Below, one piece after another: positions 62,520 through 64,000 of a stretch of DNA of 64,000 nucleotides (position 1 is its first letter; the number at the start of each line of letters is the position of its first letter). Source of the DNA: Podarcis bocagei (taxonomy: Eukaryota). Both the position numbers and the translations under genes were made by a program. A model generated the notes under the pieces. It was not told the DNA's origin. It did no database searches and was given only the letters and a program-made list of their open reading frames with translations. The stretch is from the NCBI GenBank assembly GCA_964188305.1, contig OZ076886.1. The stretch is one strand, 5' to 3'.

Positions 62520-63170
62520 TAACTGAGAGCAGGCTACGGTGGGGAGAAGTTGGATTGGATCACCTCCGGCAAACAGGAAGAAGGGCTCTTGTGCGAGCTG
62601 CAGAGACGGCTACCCTTCCCACCACTGTTCATTTGGTCTCCCTTTGCCAGAGATCCTCTCCCAGGACGCGCGGGAAGGGGAGGCGAAGGCGCGCTCCAGG
62701 TCTCCTGCTCCTCTTTGCTCTTGGATGGCTGAGCCAGAGCCGGAGATGTGGGTGGGGGGAGAGAGGGAGGGGAGCGGGGGGGAGAGGCAGCCGCCAGCCC
62801 GAGCGACGGCTTTGGCGGAGCCCTACAAAGGCCAAGCAGGACAAAAGCTCCAGCAAGCCTTTCATTCAGATCCTGCCTGATTTAACCGACCGTGGCTTGT
62901 CAACAACCTGCCAAATTGACAACGGAAACACACACCGCCGAAGGAGGAAACCGACCTGCCAGGGCTTAGTCATCCTTCAAGGGGGCTGGGCTGGGCTGGG
63001 TGGGAAGTCTCATCCCACAACTACACGTGTAATCGCTGTGTGTGTTTGTATGCGTGTTCCCCGACGGCGCCGACCGGCAACCCAATCCAAATCGAGTTTA
63101 GTAGGAAGTAAGATCGAGTAAGATTGGCTTGCAAACCATAGAGGGGGCTTAGCCTAAGGGGGCGGGGGGG
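62520..63170. promoter_or_regulatory. CpG-island-like putative promoter or first-exon region
   Basis: GC/CpG-rich, with G-tracts, a GC box (ggggcggg near 63160) and GGAA motifs; the gene was not identified. Confidence 0.55.
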
Positions 63171-64000
63171 GGAGAGGTGTGCAGCTCAGGAACCTAAGGA
63201 CGTCTGCTCAGAAATAAATCCCAATGGATTTCAATGAGACTTCTACGATCATAAAGCTTCTTGGTTAACCTGCTTAGGGTTGCAACCTAGTATGCGTGCT
63301 TAGAATTGCAGCCTTTAAAAAGTTTGTCGTCGCCATCAAGGTATAATCTATCTATTATCTATCGTTGTATCTGTTTATATATCGTATCTTTCTGCGAGGT
63401 GGATGTGTGTAAGTGATTTGTGCGAGAAATAAAGTTATTCAAAACGTCGTAATTTATACAGTAATGTGTTTGGACTGCAATACTATCTTTACTGAATTTC
63501 AACCACAGATTGCATATGCTGTAATACTACTTACCTCAAGTATCGATCCTATGAATCGTTTTGCTTGGTTTGTTTTTTTAACTTGCAGATGCAACTGGCG
63601 AATAGCATGTATACTCAGATGGCGAGTCTAAGACTTTGTCTAGCCAAAGTCTACAGGGCCCCTATCCGGCAGAGACTTAGGCACGCTTCAGCCCACTGAA
63701 ATTATCAGTGTGGTTGACGTTGCATTGGACAGCGATATAGAATTAACCACGTTGATAACAGAAGCTTTATGATTATTATGATTTCGATGGGGCATACTAC
63801 TGTGTAAACGTACTTAAGATCGAGGTGAATAGATTATATGATGATCCTTATAGGCTGATCACTATTAATAGGGGCTTGAAGGACTGGAAATTGCCCCCAC
63901 CATATTTAAGCAGGAAATTCTTCTGACGTGGGGGGGGGGGAGAGCTTTTCTGCAGGCAAAGGGAGTTTCTGGTGCCATTTCTTTAAATTGCCCCTTTGAC

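Noticed and set aside
62423-63121. 232-aa ORF
   Set aside because: It starts inside the Sauria SINE and runs through the CpG island; low complexity, no domain
1-64000. CRISPR arrays, rRNA, known miRNAs or prokaryotic systems
   Set aside because: Vertebrate sequence; no repeat-spacer array and no mature miRNA I could recognise by eye. A covariance-model search was not possible

Overview
Vertebrate genomic DNA, very likely from a squamate reptile and probably a lacertid lizard (inferred from the Sauria SINE, Squam-type SINEs, BovB-like RTE and amniote CR1). No host protein-coding gene could be recognised. The window looks like intron or intergenic DNA ending in a CpG-rich, promoter-like zone (about 60.1-64 kb). 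The main structure is a three-level retrotransposon nest. An old L2 LINE (+) is split by a ~2.3-kb L1-derived element lacking endonuclease and RT (-, perfect 14-bp TSD). That element is split in turn by a full-length CR1 LINE with both ORFs open (-, ~4.4 kb). The CR1 ORF1/ORF2 junction carries a correctly phased U-UUA-AAC slippery heptamer directly before the ORF1 stop codon, which suggests -1 ribosomal frameshifting into ORF2. Other content: a 5'-truncated BovB-like RTE, two Sauria SINEs, other tRNA-derived SINEs, Tc1/mariner and hAT MITEs (one nested pair), a Penelope-like remnant with a hammerhead-type core, L2/CR1 3' fragments, microsatellites and several unassigned candidate exons. All family names come from motif recognition, not database searches.
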